A stretch of 64,000 bases of DNA from an uncultured Alphaproteobacteria bacterium (GTDB taxonomy: Bacteria > Pseudomonadota > Alphaproteobacteria > HIMB59 > GCA-002718135): contig CACLAN010000001.1 in NCBI GenBank assembly GCA_902604905.1, positions 75,118-139,117 on the forward strand, given 5' to 3'. The notes under the pieces are model-generated. The model saw nothing but the letters and a program-made list of their open reading frames with translations, made no database searches and was not told where the DNA came from. Positions 63,092 through 64,000 of this stretch are shown here, in pieces. The first letter of the stretch is position 1. The number at the start of each line of letters is the position of its first letter. The translations under genes and the position numbers were made by a program.

Positions 63092-63727
63092 TTAATTATT
63101 TGAAATAAAATCATCAATATTATTTTCATCATCCTGTTCTAAATTATCGTTGCTTTGTAAATTTTCATTATTTTTTGCTAGGTCGCTAATAGTTGCAATT
63201 GCTGCACGTTTATCAAGAAAACCACTTGCCTTTAGCTCTTCTTTATTAGGTAAATCCGATAGACTATTTAATCCAAAATGCTCAACAAACAAATCTGTGG
63301 TAGACCATAAAGTTGGTTTACCTGGTATACTTTTCCTACCTGAAGGACTTATCCATCCTATTTCCATCAAATGATCTAAAGAGCCTCTACCCATTTGAAC
63401 ACCTCTAATATTTTCAATTTCTGATCTTGTTATTGGCTGTTGGTAAGCAATTATTGATAATGTTTCAAGTGCTGCTCTTGATAATTTTCTTTTCTGTGTT
63501 TTAAAAATAGTTAATTCATCACTGAGTTCTTCAGCAGTCCTAAAAGACCATTTGTTGCCAGTCTTAATTAAATTTATCCCTCTGTTTTTATAGAAATCTT
63601 TAATTTCTTGTAATAGTTTACTTATATTTTTTTTGTCTTTAATTTTTTCTTTTAAATCATTTTCATCAAGTGGCTCTCCTGATGCAAATAATATTGCTTC
63701 TAAAATTTTACTATCTTTATTATTCAT
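63092..63727 (-). CDS. scpB: Segregation and condensation protein B
   Basis: ILEAILFASGEPL, ALETLSIIAYQQPITRSEIENIRGV. Confidence 0.9.
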   Translation of the reverse strand: MNNKDSKILEAILFASGEPLDENDLKEKIKDKKNISKLLQEIKDFYKNRGINLIKTGNKWSFRTAEELSDELTIFKTQKRKLSRAALETLSIIAYQQPITRSEIENIRGVQMGRGSLDHLMEIGWISPSGRKSIPGKPTLWSTTDLFVEHFGLNSLSDLPNKEELKASGFLDKRAAIATISDLAKNNENLQSNDNLEQDDENNIDDFISNN

Positions 63728-64000
63728 TTTGATTAAATTTTATATAAATGTTACCAAAACTTTCATCTTGTTTTAAATCAATAAAGCCATTTTTTGACAA
63801 TTCTAAAGAGGCAACAAAATTTGATGAGATAATTGATTTATTAATTGTTTTATTAGCTTTAATTAAATTTGGAATTACATTTAAAAAATTAGTCCATTCT
63901 GTAATATTACCAAAAATACCTTTTAATCTTTTAACTGCTTGATCAACTGAATAAAGCTCTGAATATTCAATGGTTAATTGCTTTACCTGTTCATTCGATT
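63720..64000 (-). CDS. scpA: Segregation and condensation protein A, C-terminal fragment (runs off the window end)
   Basis: My reverse-strand translation: ...SIISSNFVASLELSKNGFIDLKQDESFGNIYIKFNQNE*. This is the typical ScpA C-terminus (LEL.K.G.I.L.Q...FG.I.I). The stop overlaps the scpB ATG (ATGAATAA). The plus-strand track ORF at 63748-63942 is its antisense shadow. Confidence 0.75.
   Translation of the reverse strand, partial: SNEQVKQLTIEYSELYSVDQAVKRLKGIFGNITEWTNFLNVIPNLIKANKTINKSIISSNFVASLELSKNGFIDLKQDESFGNIYIKFNQNE

Noticed and set aside
2947-63374. About two dozen 60-91-aa ORFs in the supplied track lie antisense to, or out of frame within, much longer well-supported genes. They are 2947-3138, 8737-8940, 12415-12612, 13749-14021, 14133-14333, 15439-15651, 17311-17556, 17738-18004, 19499-19684, 27174-27374, 27536-27718, 30837-31025, 31838-32023, 33894-34079, 36202-36477, 37163-37372, 38049-38237, 38419-38622, 40534-40785, 52236-52460, 52775-52969, 56904-57131, 59553-59735 and 63150-63374.
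   Set aside because: Each is fully or largely embedded in a longer ORF with clear family motifs. Their translations are low-complexity (Leu/Phe/Ile/Ser-rich), as expected from reading AT-rich coding DNA in the wrong frame. None has a recognisable motif.
63748-63942. Plus-strand 64-aa ORF at the window end.
   Set aside because: The minus strand over the same bases translates to a textbook ScpA C-terminus whose stop overlaps the scpB start. The plus-strand ORF is its shadow.
1-64000. Looked for rRNA, tRNA, tmRNA, CRISPR arrays, IS elements and long direct repeats.
   Set aside because: No GC-rich cloverleaf-like segment exists in any intergenic gap (132-292, 13320-13561, 15633-15750, 32334-32439, 39917-40002, 49290-49569, 53056-53182, 58538-58822). 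No regularly spaced repeats and no transposase-like ORF were seen. This was inspection by eye only; tRNAscan or CRISPR finders were not run.

Overview
Strongly AT-rich, very gene-dense bacterial chromosome segment; most gene junctions are 0-40 nt or overlap. I called about 75 CDS and saw no rRNA, tRNA, CRISPR array or IS element. The content points to a streamlined marine alphaproteobacterium of the SAR11/Pelagibacterales type: gcvT-gcvH-gcvP behind a tandem glycine riboswitch, a DmdA-like GcvT-family protein, an N-methylglutamate-synthase/GmaS-type cluster, many small transporters and almost no regulators. That placement is inferred from content only; no search was run. Layout: 1-131 is the sirtuin 5' end. 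293-1351 is a tyrosine integrase. 1353-3244 holds small membrane proteins and a redoxin. 3299-8912 is a cyclic-nucleotide/ion-channel cluster (two class III cyclases, a Kv-type K+ channel and an MscS-cNMP-binding fusion). 9487-15632 is a minus-strand block (DapA-like aldolase, 2x EamA, DmdA-like protein, HIBADH, MFS). 15751-22591 is a plus-strand block (class IV aminotransferase, sulfotransferase-like protein, hydratase, DCC, photolyase-related protein, ABC-2 exporter, PhyH). 22577-39916 is a large divergent catabolic locus. 40003-42726 is cysE plus a CBS/CysK-like and a cystathionine-lyase-like gene. 42723-49289 carries a MazG-like gene, rseP, gcvPHT with its riboswitch, and a deaminase. 49570-58537 is housekeeping (anmK, a threonine-dehydratase-like gene, djlA, csp, rlmJ, MATE, pcm, serS, tatCBA). 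58823-63079 is the mgsABC/glxBCD plus gmaS/glnT-type cluster. 63092-64000 is scpB-scpA. The best candidate for an undescribed system is the translationally coupled 10-gene operon at 23466-32333 with its divergent partner operon at 32440-39916. The 10-gene operon encodes orphan E1 alpha/beta, a nucleoside-hydrolase-like protein, a TIM-barrel isomerase, split DhaL/DhaK, a LacD/YihT-like aldolase, a HIBADH reductase, an enolase-superfamily enzyme and a thioesterase. The partner operon encodes a FucI/AraA-like isomerase, an ABC importer and a cytoplasmic GH51. Two secondary candidates stand out. One is a promoter, three-hairpin and intrinsic-terminator RNA element at 49334-49480, upstream of a deaminase gene. 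The other is the cNMP/channel cluster, whose first cyclase appears to have lost both canonical substrate-specifying residues. All functional calls rest on motifs read by eye from the supplied translations; no database search was possible.
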